In this document: in pieces, positions 19,762 to 30,917 of the stretch | Position numbering within the stretch: position 1 is the first letter of the stretch | Layout: each line of letters starts with the position of its first letter | DNA from: Chitinophagaceae bacterium | Lineage (GTDB): Bacteria > Bacteroidota > Bacteroidia > Chitinophagales > Chitinophagaceae | Reading direction: 5' to 3' | NCBI GenBank assembly: GCA_024103425.1 | Contig: JAGFIS010000014.1 | Coordinates: forward strand, 2,637 to 66,636 | Length of the DNA: 64,000 nt | Program-made: the position numbers and the translations under genes | The notes under the pieces: generated by a model | Database searches by the model: none | Seen by the model: only the letters and a program-made list of their open reading frames with translations | What the model was told of the DNA's origin: nothing

Positions 19762-21993
19762 ATGGACAAAGTATTGAATATTCCTCAGTACGAGATGAAT
19801 GAGGAACAGGAGAAAAAAGAGATTTTGCGGAAGTACAGAGCTCTGTTGCGTGCCTTGAAACCCAAACTGAAACCGGGCGACAAAGAGCATGTGCGAGCAG
19901 CTTTTGAAATGGCTGTTGAGGCACACAAAGACATGAGGAGAAAGAGCGGTGAGCCTTATATCCTTCATCCTATAGCGGTTGCTACTATTTGTGTGGAAGA
20001 GATTGGCCTCGGTGTCAGGAGTACCATATGCGCACTCCTGCACGATACTGTTGAAGATACAGATGTAACCCTGGAGGAAATTCAGAGAGAATTCGGTTCA
20101 GAAATTGCAAAGATTGTTGACGGGCTGACCAAGATCGCAAATGTTATTGACACCAACCTGTCGAAACAAGCCGAAAACTTCAGAAAAATTCTGTTAACAC
20201 TGACAGATGATCCGCGTGTAATCCTGATTAAGCTGGCAGACCGCCTGCACAACATGCGTACGCTGGAAAGCATGAAGCGTGAGAAGCAATTGAAAATTGC
20301 TTCGGAAACTATTTACGTATATGCACCGCTTGCGCACAGGATGGGGTTATATAATATTAAGACAGAGTTGGAAGATCTGGCAATGAAATACATGGAGCCT
20401 GACAGCTACAAGTATATTGCGCAAAAATTAGATAATACCAAGAGAGAGCGTACCCGGTACATCAACGACTTTATCCGTCCGTTGAAGGAAAAGCTTACCA
20501 AAGCGAATTTCAAGTTTGAAATATACGGCCGTCCTAAGAGTATTCACAGCATATGGAATAAGATGAAGAAGAAAGGGGTCACATTCGAAGAAGTTTATGA
20601 TCTCTTTGCAATTCGTATTATTCTCGACTCTCCGCCTGAAAAAGAAAAAGAAGATTGCTGGAAGGTGTATAGTCTGGTAACAGATGAGTATATACCTGCG
20701 CCTGAAAGGCTGAGAGACTGGCTGAGCAACCCGAAGAGCAATGGGTATGAAGCCTTACATACGACGGTGATGGGCCCCCACGGAAAATGGGTAGAGGTGC
20801 AGATAAGGACACAAAGGATGAATGATATTGCAGAAAAAGGGCTTGCTGCACACTGGAAGTATAAAGAAGGAAATTCAGAGGAGAATCGCTTTGATAAATG
20901 GTTTCAGCAGATCAGGGATGTGCTGTCAAACCCTGAAGCGAACTCGGTGGACTTCTTGCAAGACTTCAAGCTTTCATTCCTTGCAGAAGAGATTTACGTA
21001 TATACACCGAAGGGAGATATCAAAATGTTACCCGTAGGTTCGTCAGCATTAGACTTTGCATTTTCTATCCACACTAAGATTGGAGAGAGTTGTATTGGCG
21101 CCAAGGTGAATCACAAACTGGTACCCATAAGCCATAAGCTGCGCAGCGGAGATCAAATTGAAATCATCACTTCTTCTAAACAGAAACCGAAGGCGGAGTG
21201 GCTGAAGTTTGTTGTTACCACAAAGGCGAAGACCAAGATTAAAGACTCTCTTAAAGAAGAAAAGAGAAAGATAGGAGAGGAGGGAAAGGCCGCATTGGTC
21301 AAGAAACTGGAATCTCTGCACATTCCTGCAACCCAGCAACAGTTTGAAGAAATAGCTTCTTATTTTAAGATTAATTCTTCGCTCGATCTGTTTTATGAAA
21401 TAGCCATTAAGAAGATCGATCTGACAGAGATGAAAAGTTGGTCGTATAATGGTGATAAAATTGTTTTTCCGAAACAGGATAAACCCGGTTTGGATGACAA
21501 GGGAGATAAGCCATTATCCAAGAAAGATACTGAACTCATCATCTTCGGGGAAAGTAGCGATAAGATTATGTATTCGCTTGCCAACTGTTGTAAGCCGATT
21601 CCGGGTGATGATGTCTTTGGGTTCATCACACAGGGTGAAGGGTTGAAAATTCACAGAACCAACTGCCCGAACGCTGCCCGCCTTCTTGCAAACTATGGAC
21701 ACCGGGTGGTGAAGACGAAGTGGGTTAAGAATAAGGAGATATCCTTCCTGACCGGGATTAAAATTATAGGTCTAGATGATGTCGGTGTCATAAACAAGAT
21801 AACCAACCTCATCAGCGGTACCCTTAAGATTAATATCAATGCGCTGACAATCGAGGCTAAAGAAGGTGTTTTTGAGGGTAACCTAAAGGTGTATGTGCAC
21901 GATAAAGAAGAACTGGAAACTCTTGTCGAGGAGTTATTGAAACTGCCCGGTATTGAGAAAGTAGAGAGGTTTGACTCTGAACCGTCACCATAA
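19762..21993 (+). CDS. relA: Long bifunctional (p)ppGpp synthetase/hydrolase (RSH)
   Basis: RKSGEPYILHP, LLHDTVED (intact HD), GRPKSIHSI, NGYEALHT, TGS and ACT domains. The track's TTG at 19723 lies within a TAATTTTG promoter element (19718-19725), so ATG 19762 is preferred. Confidence 0.95.
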   Translation: MDKVLNIPQYEMNEEQEKKEILRKYRALLRALKPKLKPGDKEHVRAAFEMAVEAHKDMRRKSGEPYILHPIAVATICVEEIGLGVRSTICALLHDTVEDTDVTLEEIQREFGSEIAKIVDGLTKIANVIDTNLSKQAENFRKILLTLTDDPRVILIKLADRLHNMRTLESMKREKQLKIASETIYVYAPLAHRMGLYNIKTELEDLAMKYMEPDSYKYIAQKLDNTKRERTRYINDFIRPLKEKLTKANFKFEIYGRPKSIHSIWNKMKKKGVTFEEVYDLFAIRIILDSPPEKEKEDCWKVYSLVTDEYIPAPERLRDWLSNPKSNGYEALHTTVMGPHGKWVEVQIRTQRMNDIAEKGLAAHWKYKEGNSEENRFDKWFQQIRDVLSNPEANSVDFLQDFKLSFLAEEIYVYTPKGDIKMLPVGSSALDFAFSIHTKIGESCIGAKVNHKLVPISHKLRSGDQIEIITSSKQKPKAEWLKFVVTTKAKTKIKDSLKEEKRKIGEEGKAALVKKLESLHIPATQQQFEEIASYFKINSSLDLFYEIAIKKIDLTEMKSWSYNGDKIVFPKQDKPGLDDKGDKPLSKKDTELIIFGESSDKIMYSLANCCKPIPGDDVFGFITQGEGLKIHRTNCPNAARLLANYGHRVVKTKWVKNKEISFLTGIKIIGLDDVGVINKITNLISGTLKININALTIEAKEGVFEGNLKVYVHDKEELETLVEELLKLPGIEKVERFDSEPSP

Positions 21994-22004
21994 TCCTCTC
22001 GCCA

Positions 22005-22499
22005 ATGGATATCCATTCTGATATTAAATGGGTTTGTAAACCATTTGCAGACCTCAGCCTTAAGCAGCTTTATGAAATCTTAAGACTGAGAAATGAAGTT
22101 TTTGTGGTTGAGCAGGACTGCCCTTATCAGGATTGTGACGGCAAAGATTTTTCCGCGCGTCATGTTATGGGCTTTTTGGATAATAAGTTAGTTGCATATA
22201 CAAGGGTCCTTCCGGTCGGAATCAGTTATTCTGACGGTGCATCTATAGGCAGAGTCGTGACGGCTGCCGATATACGTCGCCTGGGAGTAGGGCGATTACT
22301 AATGCAGCAATCAATAAAACTAGTCTGGAAATTTTTTGGAGAAACAGATATCATTATCAGCGCCCAGACATATCTGATTCCTTTTTATGAGAGTATCGGG
22401 TTTAAAAAAGAAGGTACTGTATATCAGGAAGATGAGATAGACCACATAAAGATGCGCAAAGCCTTTTCGGGCCCCGATCACAATAATACTTGCAAATAG
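22005..22499 (+). CDS. GNAT acetyltransferase (ElaA family)
   Basis: LYEILRLRNEVFVVEQDCPYQD, IGRVV, SAQTYL, EDEIDHIKM. Confidence 0.9.
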   Translation: MDIHSDIKWVCKPFADLSLKQLYEILRLRNEVFVVEQDCPYQDCDGKDFSARHVMGFLDNKLVAYTRVLPVGISYSDGASIGRVVTAADIRRLGVGRLLMQQSIKLVWKFFGETDIIISAQTYLIPFYESIGFKKEGTVYQEDEIDHIKMRKAFSGPDHNNTCK

Positions 22500-22566
22500 C
22501 ACGTTTTAGGTTTTGTTGTTAATCAGATTGAGAGTAATCGATATAACACCATAATCTGACTGCCAT

Positions 22567-23538
22567 ATGAAAGCGAACCTTTACGTGCTCTATATCTTAC
22601 TGTTGTGTGTCGTTTTGAGGCCGCAAGAAACGAGCGCCCAGTCATTCGCATTTGATATCAAGAATCTTAAAGTAGAAGCCGGAATTAACATTGGTCCTTC
22701 CTTTTTTCTTGGAGACCTTGGCGGTAACCGTGGTGAGGGAACGCGTTTTATTAAGGATATTAACTTCTCGCTTACTAATATTATGGGCGGAGCTTTTGTT
22801 GTTGTTCATCCCAACGACTGGTTAGGCTTTAGAGTAGCTGCGCAATACGGTAAACTGCAGGGAGATGATACCAAAATTAAAAGGAACGGAGGTGCAGAAT
22901 TGTATCGCAAGCAGAGAAATCTTGACTTTCGTACAAAACTTGCTGAAGCATATATTGCCGCAGAGGTTTACCCTCTGGAGTTTTTATTTGGTGAGTATCA
23001 GGACTTCCGTTTGTCTCCGTATGGAGTGATAGGCGTAGGTGTTTATCACTACAATCCTCAAGGGTCGTTAACAGATGCAAACGGAAATAAGACCTGGCAT
23101 TACTTAAAACCACTGCATACCGAAGGTCAGGGATTTGATGAATACCCCGATCGTAAAGAATACAGCCTTACCCAGATTAACATCCCTATGGGCGTGGGTA
23201 TTAGGTATCATGTAACAGAGCAATTTAACATCAGCCTTGAAATGTTACTGCGTAAGTCGTTCAACGATTATGTAGATGATGTGAGCACTGATTACGTAGA
23301 CCCCGTTTTATTTGATAAATACCTCACTCCGCAGCAGGCAGCTATTGCTAAGAAAATAGCGGATAAATCTAACCAGATTGCTATACCGGGTATGACCAGG
23401 TATGCACCCGGCGAGCAAAGAGGTAATCCGAACCAAAACGATTCATGGTTTACCACATTTATTAAGCTGGGATGGAAATTCACGAGGAATGAGTATAAGA
23501 GCAGTCTGAGTAAAATGCGCTGCCCCCACAGATTTTAA
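22567..23538 (+). CDS. Outer-membrane beta-barrel protein (DUF6089/PorT-like)
   Basis: Signal peptide, FLGDLGG, RNLDFRT, TEGQG, DYVDDVS, amphipathic beta strands. Confidence 0.7.
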   Translation: MKANLYVLYILLLCVVLRPQETSAQSFAFDIKNLKVEAGINIGPSFFLGDLGGNRGEGTRFIKDINFSLTNIMGGAFVVVHPNDWLGFRVAAQYGKLQGDDTKIKRNGGAELYRKQRNLDFRTKLAEAYIAAEVYPLEFLFGEYQDFRLSPYGVIGVGVYHYNPQGSLTDANGNKTWHYLKPLHTEGQGFDEYPDRKEYSLTQINIPMGVGIRYHVTEQFNISLEMLLRKSFNDYVDDVSTDYVDPVLFDKYLTPQQAAIAKKIADKSNQIAIPGMTRYAPGEQRGNPNQNDSWFTTFIKLGWKFTRNEYKSSLSKMRCPHRF

Positions 23539-23683
23539 TTGTAACCCCGAAAAATATCAGTTATCAGAAGAACAAAGTACATAAGAGAAGAATGAGATAG
23601 CCTTAATGCTCTCTTAGACTCCACTGAAACCACAAATCTTTTCGTCTTTCCTTCTCCTGATTGTGCTTTGTTCTTTTGGTATT

Positions 23684-26557
23684 TTAACCTCCGTTCAGTT
23701 CGGGTTTCAGAAATTTTCCGGTATAGCTTTTCTTACAGGATATTATCTCTTCAGGTGTTCCCTGAAATACGATCTCGCCTCCTTTGTTTCCACCTTCCGG
23801 GCCAATATCTATGATATTGTCAGCGACTTTGATGATATCGAGGTTGTGCTCGATTACGAGAACGGTGTTTCCTCTGTCAACTAATTTGTTGAGAACTTGT
23901 ACCAACATTCCAATATCCTGAAAATGCAGACCGGTCGTGGGTTCGTCGAGAATATAGAATGTCTTGCCGGTATCTCTTTTGCTCAGTTCAGTTGATAGTT
24001 TTACTCGCTGTGCCTCACCTCCACTTAGTGTGGGCGCACTCTGTCCGAGAGTAATGTAACCAAGGCCGACTTCCTGAAGAACTTTGATTTTTCTGTACAA
24101 CGAGGGTACGTTGACGAAGAAATCTACTGCTTCATCAACCGTCATCTCCAGAACATCGCTTATGGATTTTCCTTTGTAGCGGATTTCGAGTGTTTCGCGG
24201 TTATATCTTTTCCCGTTGCATTTCTCACACTTCACATATACATCGGGTAAGAAATTCATTTCGATAACCCTCATACCTCCGCCGTGACACAGATCGCATC
24301 GTCCGCTCTTGACATTAAATGAGAATCTTCCCGGTTTATAACCCCTGATTTTTGCTTCGGGTACAGATGCAAACAGTGTTCTTATTTCTGTGAAGAACCC
24401 GCAGTAAGTAGCGGGATTGCTTCTTGGTGTGCGGCCAATTGGAGATTGGTCTATTTCAATAACCTTGTCGATGAGGTCAAGCCCTGTTATTTTTTTATAG
24501 GGTAATGGCCGGGTTTTGCTGTTATAGACATGGTGCTTAAGGATTGGGAAGAGCGTCTCGTTGATCAGCGTTGATTTCCCGCTGCCGCTTACACCGGTTA
24601 CACAGATGAACTTTCCGAGAGGAAAGGTTACATCCACATTCTTAAGATTATTTCCTGTTGCGCCAAAGAGTTTGATTTCATCTCCATTACCCGGCCGTCT
24701 TTCCTTCGGAATGGGTATTGCTTTCTTACCGTTAAGATAAGAAGAAGTGAGGGTGTTGAGTTTTTCAAAATCATGAGGATCGCCGGTGGCCATGATTCTA
24801 CCTCCGTTTTTTCCGGCAGCGGGGCCGATATCAATCAGATAGTCTGCCGATAACATAATATCCTTGTCGTGTTCTACTACAAGAACACTGTTACCGATAT
24901 CTCTCAGACCTTTTAAGGCATTAATCAACCTGTGATTATCCCGCTGGTGCAGGCCGATACTTGGTTCGTCGAGTATGTATGTAATGCCCTGGAGTTTTGA
25001 GCCGATTTGCGTTGCAAGTTTGATCCTCTGAGATTCACCGCCGCTCAAAGAGCGTGAGGGACGGCTCAGGCTGAGGTAAGACAAGCCTACTTCGAGAAGG
25101 AAGTGCACTCTGTCGCGGATTTCCTTCAATACGTCTCTAGCTAACTTGTTTTGCTTGTCAGATAAACGGTCTTCGATATTTGTAAACCATTTATAGAGCT
25201 CGTCCAGGTTCATATCGCTCAGTTCTGCGATGTTCTTATTATCGATTTTGAACCACAGGCTTTCCTTTTTCAGTCGTGCTCCGTTGCATTCTGGGCATGG
25301 CATCAATTCCATGAACTGCTCAGCCCATGATTGCGTATTCTCTCCTGAGTACCCGGAAGTAAACCACCGGTAGATCATATTCACTATTCCCTCATAGCCG
25401 GAAGAAGATTCGTCTTCATTATTATTATACCATTCGAAATCCGAGTCCGGACGGATTTCCTGTTTTTCTTTGCTGCCGTATAATACCAAATTCAATGCTT
25501 CTTCAGAAAGTGAAGAAATGGGAGCATCCAGTGAAAATTTGTATTTCTTGGCAAGTTTTACGACTTCTTTGAACGAATAAACATCCCGCTCTTCTCCCAA
25601 CGGTGCAATACCCCCCTCGTTGATAGAAAGTGACGGATCGGGGATTATGGCATCGAGGTTAACCTGGTAAATATTCCCGATACCGCGGCAAACAGGGCAC
25701 GCCCCGTAAGGACTGTTGAATGAAAAGGAGTTGGGAGAAGGCTCTTCATAGCTGATTCCTGTGTCTTCACACATCAGTTTACGACTGTACTGTACCAGGC
25801 GGTCATTTTCCTGCAATAACAAAAACATCAGCCCATTGCCTGTTGAAAGAGCATTCTGAATACTGCTGCTGATCCTGTGTTTTTGCTCAGCCTTAACCTC
25901 CACGCGGTCTATCACCAGTTCAATATCGTGAATCTTGTATCTATCGACCTGCATTTTAGGGGCGAGGTCCTTGATCTCGCCATCGATCCTCACCTTCAAA
26001 AAACCTTTCTTCCTGAAGTCTTCAAACAATTCCCTGTAATGTCCTTTTCTACCGCGGATCACAGGAGCAAGGATCGTCATTTTCTTCCCCTCAAATCTTT
26101 GAAAGATGTTGTGCACGATCTCGTCTTCCGACCACTTTACCATCTTCTTGCCCGTGTTGTAGCTGTAAGCCTCGCCGGTACGCGCAAAAAGCAGCCTCAA
26201 AAAGTCGTACACCTCTGTGATGGTTCCAACCGTGCTTCGCGGATTTTTGTTGGTAGTTTTTTGTTCTATAGAGATAACCGGGCTGAGTCCTGAAATCTTG
26301 TCTACATCAGGCCTTTCCATGTCGCCCATAAACTGCCTGGCATACGCAGAAAAACTTTCCATATACCTTCTCTGCCCTTCGGCAAAAATGGTGTTGAATG
26401 CAAGTGATGACTTTCCGCTTCCGCTGATTCCGGTAATGACGACAAGCCTGTTTTTAGGTATGGAAATATCAATGTTTTTCAGGTTGTTTTCTCTGGCACC
26501 CCAAACCTCAATGAAATCGTTATTCTCCGTCGTAAAATTTGTATCCTGTATATGCAT
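23684..26557 (-). CDS. uvrA: Excinuclease ABC subunit A
   Basis: Two ABC modules (GISGSGKSS, LSGGESQR; GVSGSGKST, LSGGEAQR) and zinc fingers. The track's TTG at 26569 overlaps a TAATTTTG element (26569-26576). Confidence 0.97.
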   Translation of the reverse strand: MHIQDTNFTTENNDFIEVWGARENNLKNIDISIPKNRLVVITGISGSGKSSLAFNTIFAEGQRRYMESFSAYARQFMGDMERPDVDKISGLSPVISIEQKTTNKNPRSTVGTITEVYDFLRLLFARTGEAYSYNTGKKMVKWSEDEIVHNIFQRFEGKKMTILAPVIRGRKGHYRELFEDFRKKGFLKVRIDGEIKDLAPKMQVDRYKIHDIELVIDRVEVKAEQKHRISSSIQNALSTGNGLMFLLLQENDRLVQYSRKLMCEDTGISYEEPSPNSFSFNSPYGACPVCRGIGNIYQVNLDAIIPDPSLSINEGGIAPLGEERDVYSFKEVVKLAKKYKFSLDAPISSLSEEALNLVLYGSKEKQEIRPDSDFEWYNNNEDESSSGYEGIVNMIYRWFTSGYSGENTQSWAEQFMELMPCPECNGARLKKESLWFKIDNKNIAELSDMNLDELYKWFTNIEDRLSDKQNKLARDVLKEIRDRVHFLLEVGLSYLSLSRPSRSLSGGESQRIKLATQIGSKLQGITYILDEPSIGLHQRDNHRLINALKGLRDIGNSVLVVEHDKDIMLSADYLIDIGPAAGKNGGRIMATGDPHDFEKLNTLTSSYLNGKKAIPIPKERRPGNGDEIKLFGATGNNLKNVDVTFPLGKFICVTGVSGSGKSTLINETLFPILKHHVYNSKTRPLPYKKITGLDLIDKVIEIDQSPIGRTPRSNPATYCGFFTEIRTLFASVPEAKIRGYKPGRFSFNVKSGRCDLCHGGGMRVIEMNFLPDVYVKCEKCNGKRYNRETLEIRYKGKSISDVLEMTVDEAVDFFVNVPSLYRKIKVLQEVGLGYITLGQSAPTLSGGEAQRVKLSTELSKRDTGKTFYILDEPTTGLHFQDIGMLVQVLNKLVDRGNTVLVIEHNLDIIKVADNIIDIGPEGGNKGGEIVFQGTPEEIISCKKSYTGKFLKPELNGG

Positions 26558-27059
26558 TTCTGAGAACACAAAATTAGTCAGTTATTGAATCGGTTTTTCT
26601 TACAAAAGGCTAATATTCCGGTTTAGGGAAAAGGGCAGAAAAACTATAAATTAACATAAAAAATATACGGTTGTGCAATAAAGTACGCAAAGTCATTATA
26701 TTTGTTCCCCTCAAAAAAATAAATTGTAAAACGGGGCGTTAGATTGGACGCGAAAGTTGTATAAGATTCGGTCAGAAAAACAAGAGGAACAGGAGATTAT
26801 TAACTAAATTTTTTTAAGAGGAAACGTGAAAAGCTTGGCAGATTTGAGAGTATTTCCTTAGTTTTATCTTCCTATCGGGTAATTGATTGAATCATCAACT
26901 CAGAAACCATCCAAAAGGAAACATTTATTTGATACTTTTCTACAATAATTAACTTTTTTACTCGTTTTAATTTTCGGTACCGATTGGTCTATGAGACAGG
27001 TATCTGCAAAATCTACTAATTGAATGAAAAAATTGTCCTTACCCGTAAAGTCAATTACT

Positions 27060-28346
27060 ATGAAGAACAGTCTGTTGGCTATGCTTGGATGCACTGCTAT
27101 TGTGCTTTCCGGCTGTGGAAAGTTTGGGAAGTCAAAAAGCAGCGTTCCTAATGACGGTCAGCTGCATGGAGTGGCTCCGGCAAGTAAATACACTTTACCT
27201 AAACCTCCGGGAATGGTATATATCCCACCGGGAACATTTCATATGGGGCCCAGCGATGAAGACATTAATTATGCCTTCACAGCGAGAAACAAGCAGGTTT
27301 CTATCAGTGGCTTCTGGATGGATGCGACCGAAATCACAAACAACGAGTATCGTTTCTTTACCAATTGGGTAAGAGACTCTATCGCAGCCAAGCTGCTTGG
27401 CTATGTTAAGCAGTCTGAAGGCGATGTACAGTATATCGATTGGGAAAAGGCAAGAACCATCAAGTGGGATGATAAAGACATCTTCGAAAGAGTAGAGGCA
27501 ATGACAGTGACTCCCGACAATAGAATCTTCGGACGTAAGGAGATCGATCCGCAGAAGTTAATTTATCATTCAGAGACTTTCGATTATAAAGAAGCAGCAA
27601 AGCGCGAGAATATCAATGTACCCCGCGGTCAGTTTATAGTGAAGTACGATCTTCCGATCTATCCTGACACACTCGTTTGGGTACGCGACTTCTCTTATTC
27701 GTATAATGAACCGATGTCTAAGCAGTATTTCAGCCATCCTGCATTTGGAAACTACCCGGTTGTAGGTGTTAGCTGGAAACAGGCCACAGCGTTTTGTGAG
27801 TGGAGGACACTCTATCTGAACAGCTTCCTGGAGTCTAAGAAAAGATCAACAGAATCAGGCTTCAGGCTTCCTACAGAATCCGAGTGGGAATATGCTGCAC
27901 GCGGCGGCCGTTCACAGGCTCCTTACCCATGGGGTGGCCCTTATCTGAGAAACAGAAAGGGGTGTCTGATGGCTAACTTCAAACCCGGACGTGGGAACTA
28001 TCCCGAGGACGGAGGTCTGTACACAGTACGCGCCGATGCATACTGGCCTAATGATTTCGGGCTGTATAACATGGCAGGTAATGTATCAGAATGGACATCT
28101 TCATTGTTCTACGAAGGCGGATATAATTTCCAGCACGACTTGAACCCCGATATTCGCTGGAATGCAAAAGAGCAGGATCCTCCAAGGATGAAACGAAAGG
28201 TAATTCGCGGCGGTAGCTGGAAAGATGTAGGATACTTCCTGCAGGTAAGCTCACGTGCTTACGAGTATCAGGATACTTCTAAGTCTTATATTGGATTCCG
28301 CAGTGTGATTGATTTGCCGCCGGCTGTCGGAAAGAAAGGTAAATAA
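27060..28346 (+). CDS. gldK: T9SS/gliding lipoprotein GldK (PorK)
   Basis: Lipobox VLSGC from ATG 27060, SUMF1/FGE-like domain (RLPTESEWEYAARGG, GLYNMAGNVSEW); first gene of gldKLMN. Confidence 0.92.
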   Translation: MKNSLLAMLGCTAIVLSGCGKFGKSKSSVPNDGQLHGVAPASKYTLPKPPGMVYIPPGTFHMGPSDEDINYAFTARNKQVSISGFWMDATEITNNEYRFFTNWVRDSIAAKLLGYVKQSEGDVQYIDWEKARTIKWDDKDIFERVEAMTVTPDNRIFGRKEIDPQKLIYHSETFDYKEAAKRENINVPRGQFIVKYDLPIYPDTLVWVRDFSYSYNEPMSKQYFSHPAFGNYPVVGVSWKQATAFCEWRTLYLNSFLESKKRSTESGFRLPTESEWEYAARGGRSQAPYPWGGPYLRNRKGCLMANFKPGRGNYPEDGGLYTVRADAYWPNDFGLYNMAGNVSEWTSSLFYEGGYNFQHDLNPDIRWNAKEQDPPRMKRKVIRGGSWKDVGYFLQVSSRAYEYQDTSKSYIGFRSVIDLPPAVGKKGK

Positions 28347-28516
28347 TAAAAAACCTTGACCCCAAATAACCTAAAAGAAAACATTTTATAGAATAAATTT
28401 TTAGTTTCTCAATCTTACGGCCTGTATTAATTGTTCATTTAAGGATGAATTAATATGGGCTTTTTATTGTGGAAACGCTATAATCCTAAAACCCAGAAAT
28501 TTAAAACCAGTAAGTT

Positions 28517-29293
28517 ATGTCTCAGACTCAGCAACAACCCAGAAGAAACTTTCTCACATTAGTTGACGTATTTGTGAGTGCCGGTGCCGGTGTAGTTATT
28601 TTCGCCGCATGGGCAAAATTGACCCACCAACCTTATGCAGATACTATGCTGACAATAGGTATGTGGACAGAAACAGCCATCTTCCTTATTTATGCAGTAA
28701 TCGAGTGGGTAAGACCGCACGATCACCAATCCAGCCACGTTAAAGCTGCTGTAGCGCCTTTGACCGGTAAGGAATCACCGCTTGATGCGATGAACAAAAT
28801 GATGGAAGATGCAGAGATTAATGCAGTAAACATGAAGAAACTCGGCGAAAGCTTCCAAAAGCTTGATACCACTGTTTCTCAGTTGGGTGAAGTAGGCGAT
28901 GTGGTTAGAAACACATCTGAATTCACCTCAAAAACAAAAGAAGCTAATAATGCTTTAGGTATGATGAAAGATGCTTTCATGAACTCAGCAAACGCAATGA
29001 GCAGCTTTAACAGTGCAGCAGACGAAGCCCGCGGGTTTAAAGAGCAGGTAGAGCGTCTGGCGCAGAATATGGGATCGTTGAACAGCATCTACGAACTGGA
29101 ACTTAACGAAAGCAATAATCACCTGAAGGCGTTGAACGCATTCTACGGTAAAGTAGCTAAAGCAAGCGAAGTGATGGCTGATACCGTTGAAGATGCTCAG
29201 AAGACTAAAGAGCAAATCAATGCACTTGCAGGTAATCTTGGCAGACTGAACCAGGTGTATGGCAATATGCTGAGTGCCATGCAGGCAAAGTAA
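28517..29293 (+). CDS. gldL: T9SS motor protein GldL (PorL)
   Basis: Two N-terminal TM helices (WAKLTH, MWTETAIF), coiled coil, SLNSIYELEL, YGNMLSAM. Confidence 0.92.
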   Translation: MSQTQQQPRRNFLTLVDVFVSAGAGVVIFAAWAKLTHQPYADTMLTIGMWTETAIFLIYAVIEWVRPHDHQSSHVKAAVAPLTGKESPLDAMNKMMEDAEINAVNMKKLGESFQKLDTTVSQLGEVGDVVRNTSEFTSKTKEANNALGMMKDAFMNSANAMSSFNSAADEARGFKEQVERLAQNMGSLNSIYELELNESNNHLKALNAFYGKVAKASEVMADTVEDAQKTKEQINALAGNLGRLNQVYGNMLSAMQAK

Positions 29294-29347
29294 TGCCTTG
29301 ATTGATCTTTGTTAATACTAATCCTAAAGACCAAAAAATATTAAAAT

Positions 29348-30877
29348 ATGCCATTACCTAGAGAACCGAGGCAGAAGATGATTAACGTTATGTACCTGGT
29401 GCTGACAGCAATTCTGGCACTCAACGTATCTAACGAGGTGATCACTGCTTTTAAAGTGGTGGACAAAAGCCTTATGACCTCCAATGAGGTAATTTCGGAA
29501 GGAAATGAGACGATTTACAAATCGTTGAAGGCTAAGGTTGAAGACCCACAGACAGCTAAGAATGCAGCCATCTGGGAACCCAAAGCAGCTAAAGCAAAAG
29601 AACTTTCAAGTGAAATGTATGTTTATATCGACTCACTGAAGGCACAATTGAAGAGACAAGCCGGGCTGAGAATTAAAGACGACGGAACCGAAGACTTCCG
29701 TGAAGATAACCTGGATGCTTCTACGAGGTTATTTATAACAGAAGGAAAAGGAAAAGAACTGGAGAAGAAGCTCAATGATTATAAAGAAGCAATGCTGAAT
29801 ATTGATCCTTCTATCCGTGAACGTTTCGCAGCCAGTTTTCCCGTGAGTACCAATACAGAGTCGTTCAAAACCAGAGAGGGTAAATCCAAAGATTTTTCAC
29901 AGACCTTCTTTAATATGACGCCGACTGTATCTGCACTTACGATGTTGAGTAAATTCCAAAACGGAGTAAAGACTGCAGAAAGCGAGATCATCACTTATTG
30001 TCATAACCAGATCGGAGCAGTTAAAGTAGTTTACGACCAGTTTGCTGCCCTGGTGGGACAGACTTCTAACTACCTGATGCCCGGACAGAAAATGACCATC
30101 ACTGCAGGCGTGGGTGCATACAGTACAGCCGCACAGCCTGAGATTACTATCGGCGGTACAAGAGTGCCGGTTAGTTCTGACGGTGTAGCTACTCAGACAA
30201 TTACTGCGATGGGTGCAGGGGTTCACAAAGTGCCAGTAACGGTAACCTACACTAAGCCGGATGGTGAGAAAGAAACCAAGAGTTTCCCGGTTGAATATAC
30301 TGTAGGAACACCGGGTGGCGCAGCCGTGATGCTCGATAAGATGAATGTATTCTACAGATTTGTCGATAATCCCGTTACTATCTCATCCGGAACCGGATGG
30401 GATAAAACCAAAGTGTCTATGACAGGCGGTAGCCTTGTCAGCGCAGGTGGACCCGGCAAATATGTAGTAAGAGTAGAAAAGCTGGGTAACGCTTCCATCA
30501 CTGTAAACTCTGACGGAAAGATCAGTACCTACTCTTTCAGAATTAAGGATATTCCGGATCCTGTTTTCAAAGTAGGACCTAATGCCAGCGGACGTGTACA
30601 GTCTGTAGTTTTCAAAAATCAGAGATTCGCACGTGCAGACCTCGAGAATTTTGATTTTGAATATAAATACAATATCGTAGGGGCTACTGTTTATTTCACA
30701 GGAGCTAACTTCCCCAACCCGCAGCAGGTAACTATTACAAGTTCTAGCCTTGCTCCGCTGGATGCGATGTTGCAGAAATGTATTCCGGGAACCACTGTTA
30801 CATTTGATAATGTGAGAGTACAGGGGCCTGGTGGTCCGGTAAGGAGTATTCCGGGAGGAGGATTCCTGCTGTATTAA
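29348..30877 (+). CDS. gldM: T9SS motor protein GldM (PorM)
   Basis: PREPRQKMINVMYLVLTAILALNV, KMNVFYR. Confidence 0.95.
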   Translation: MPLPREPRQKMINVMYLVLTAILALNVSNEVITAFKVVDKSLMTSNEVISEGNETIYKSLKAKVEDPQTAKNAAIWEPKAAKAKELSSEMYVYIDSLKAQLKRQAGLRIKDDGTEDFREDNLDASTRLFITEGKGKELEKKLNDYKEAMLNIDPSIRERFAASFPVSTNTESFKTREGKSKDFSQTFFNMTPTVSALTMLSKFQNGVKTAESEIITYCHNQIGAVKVVYDQFAALVGQTSNYLMPGQKMTITAGVGAYSTAAQPEITIGGTRVPVSSDGVATQTITAMGAGVHKVPVTVTYTKPDGEKETKSFPVEYTVGTPGGAAVMLDKMNVFYRFVDNPVTISSGTGWDKTKVSMTGGSLVSAGGPGKYVVRVEKLGNASITVNSDGKISTYSFRIKDIPDPVFKVGPNASGRVQSVVFKNQRFARADLENFDFEYKYNIVGATVYFTGANFPNPQQVTITSSSLAPLDAMLQKCIPGTTVTFDNVRVQGPGGPVRSIPGGGFLLY

Positions 30878-30917
30878 AAATTAAAGAGCTGACAAGAAAA
30901 GTATAAAATCAATACAC

